A stretch of 32,194 nt of DNA from contig NC_068981.1 in NCBI RefSeq assembly GCF_001194135.2, forward strand, positions 115,070,676-115,102,869. Reading direction: 5' to 3'. This DNA is from Octopus bimaculoides. Lineage: Eukaryota. Made by a program: the position numbers and the translations under genes. Under the pieces are notes generated by a model. That model had not been told where the DNA came from. It did not search any database and was given only the letters and a program-made list of their open reading frames with translations. Shown here in pieces: positions 30,667 to 32,194 of this stretch. How positions within the stretch are numbered: position 1 is the first letter of the stretch; each line of letters begins with the position of its first letter.

Positions 30667-32194
30667 GATTTACCAAGGAAATAGATATGAAATTTGGATT
30701 AGAAAAATGTGCCAAAGCAACCCTGAAAAGAGGAAAACTAATTAAGAGTAGCAACATCACACTAGATAAAGCCAATGAAATAAGAGAATTAGACCAAAGC
30801 CAGTCATACAAATATTTAAGAATCAATGAACTAGATAGGATACAACACACACAAATGAAAGAGAAAATAAAGAAAGAGTACTATAGACGAGTTAGATCAA
30901 TACTAAAAACAGAGCTCAATGNNNNNNNNNNNNNNNNNNNNNNNNNNNNNNNNNNNNNNNNNNNNNNNNNNNNNNNNNNNNNNNNNNNNNNNNNNNNNNN
31001 NNNNNNNNNNNNNNNNNNNNNNNNNNNNNNNNNNNNNNNNNNNNNNNNNNNNNNNNNNNNNNNNNNNNNNNNNNNNNNNNNNNNNNNNNNNNNNNNNNNN
31101 NNNNNNNNNNNNNNNNNNNNNNNNNNNNNNNNNNNNNNNNNNNNNNNNNNNNNNNNNNNNNNNNNNNNNNNNNNNNNNNNNNNNNNNNNNNNNNNNNNNN
31201 NNNNNNNNNNNNNNNNNNNNNNNNNNNNNNNNNNNNNNNNNNNNNNNNNNNNNNNNNNNNNNNNNNNNNNNNNNNNNNNNNNNNNNNNNNNNNNNNNNNN
31301 NNNNNNNNNNNNNNNNNNNNNNNNNNNNNNNNNNNNNNNNNNNNNNNNNNNNNNNNNNNNNNNNNNAGAAGAAGAAGAAGAAGAAGAAGAAGAAGAAGAA
31401 GAAGAAGAAGAAGAAGAAGAAGAAGAAGAAGAAGAAGAAGAAGAAGAAACAACAAAAGCTATAAAACAAATGAAATCCAAACCAAAACTAGAACAGCAAC
31501 GGACCATGATAAAACGATGGCAGGAAAAGCCCCTTCATGGCAAATACTGGGCTAAAATAAAAGCAAAAAAAAAAATAGACAGAGAAAAATCCCAGCAATG
31601 GTTGAGAAGCTCAGGACTCAAAGCAGAGACTGAAGGATTTTTAATTGCTGCACAAGACGAAAGCCTCCCCACCAGAAATTACCAAAAATATATAATGAAG
31701 ATAAACATAGCAAGTAACTGCAGAATATGTGGCGATGGACAAGAAACAATAGACCATATATCACTGGCTGCCAAGTCCTGGCTAAGAAGGAATATATTCA
31801 CAGACACGACAGAGCTGGGACCTATATACACTATGGAATAAAAACAGAAAAGAGATGGTATAGGCACACGCCAGAAAAGGTCACAGAAAACGTGAAAGCA
31901 ACCATACTCTGGGATATGCCAATACACACAGATAGAGAAATTAAGGCCAATAGGCTCGATATAGTTGTCAGAGATCATGAAGGAAAACAACGCTTTCTAA
32001 TTGATGTATCAATACCAGCAGATGACAACGTTTCCCTAAAAGAAATGGAAAAACTTTCAAAATACAAAGACCTGGAAATAGAGGTAACCCGAATGTGGAA
32101 TCTAAAAACAGAAACAATTCCTATCATAGTAGGTGCCTTAGGTATAAAAAAAGAATATTCAGACAAATACATAACAAAAACACCAGGACTTACA
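30664..32194 (+). mobile_element. 5'-truncated Dong/R4-clade LINE (RT end, zinc knuckle, RLE), copy 2
   Basis: DMKFGLEKCA, YKYLRI, WQEKPLHGKY, LKAETEGFLIAAQD, CRICGDGQETIDHI, ILWDMPIHTDREIKANRLDIVV..IDVSIP.D....KEMEKLSKYKDL. Interrupted by a gap and a (GAA)n tract, and runs off the window. Confidence 0.85.
31367..31449. repeat. (GAA)n microsatellite at gap edge
   Basis: Direct reading. Confidence 0.9.

Noticed and set aside
30579-31841. 420-aa ORF as an intact gene
   Set aside because: It is microsatellite plus LINE fragment plus 445 Ns plus (GAA)n. Frame continuity across the gap cannot be shown.

Overview
AT-rich, repeat-saturated eukaryotic DNA from a gapped draft assembly. N-runs lie at 2088-2119, 4994-5003, 9716-9941, 17132-17870, 22726-22735, 24518-24617, 25448-25475 and 30922-31366. 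The SINE families resemble those I recall from octopod cephalopods (Octopus-like), which is an inference, not a database match. I see no intact protein-coding gene, rRNA, true tRNA or CRISPR array. Most ORF-track entries are translations of microsatellites, gaps or TE antisense strands. One convincing host exon is visible (+, 2713-2845). The rest is a layered TE landscape: three tRNA-headed SINE families; decayed mariner, hAT and Chapaev-type DNA transposons; a hAT MITE; a Helitron/HINE-like element; L1/Tx1-like and I/Jockey-like LINE remnants; Dong/R4-clade LINE pieces sitting in (AAT)n tracts; and Penelope-like termini with degenerate minimal hammerhead-ribozyme motifs. The most unusual structures are a palindromic mariner built from two transposase 5' ends, the hammerhead motifs, and one SINE head/core carrying three different 3' tails. 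All family assignments come from motif recognition by eye.
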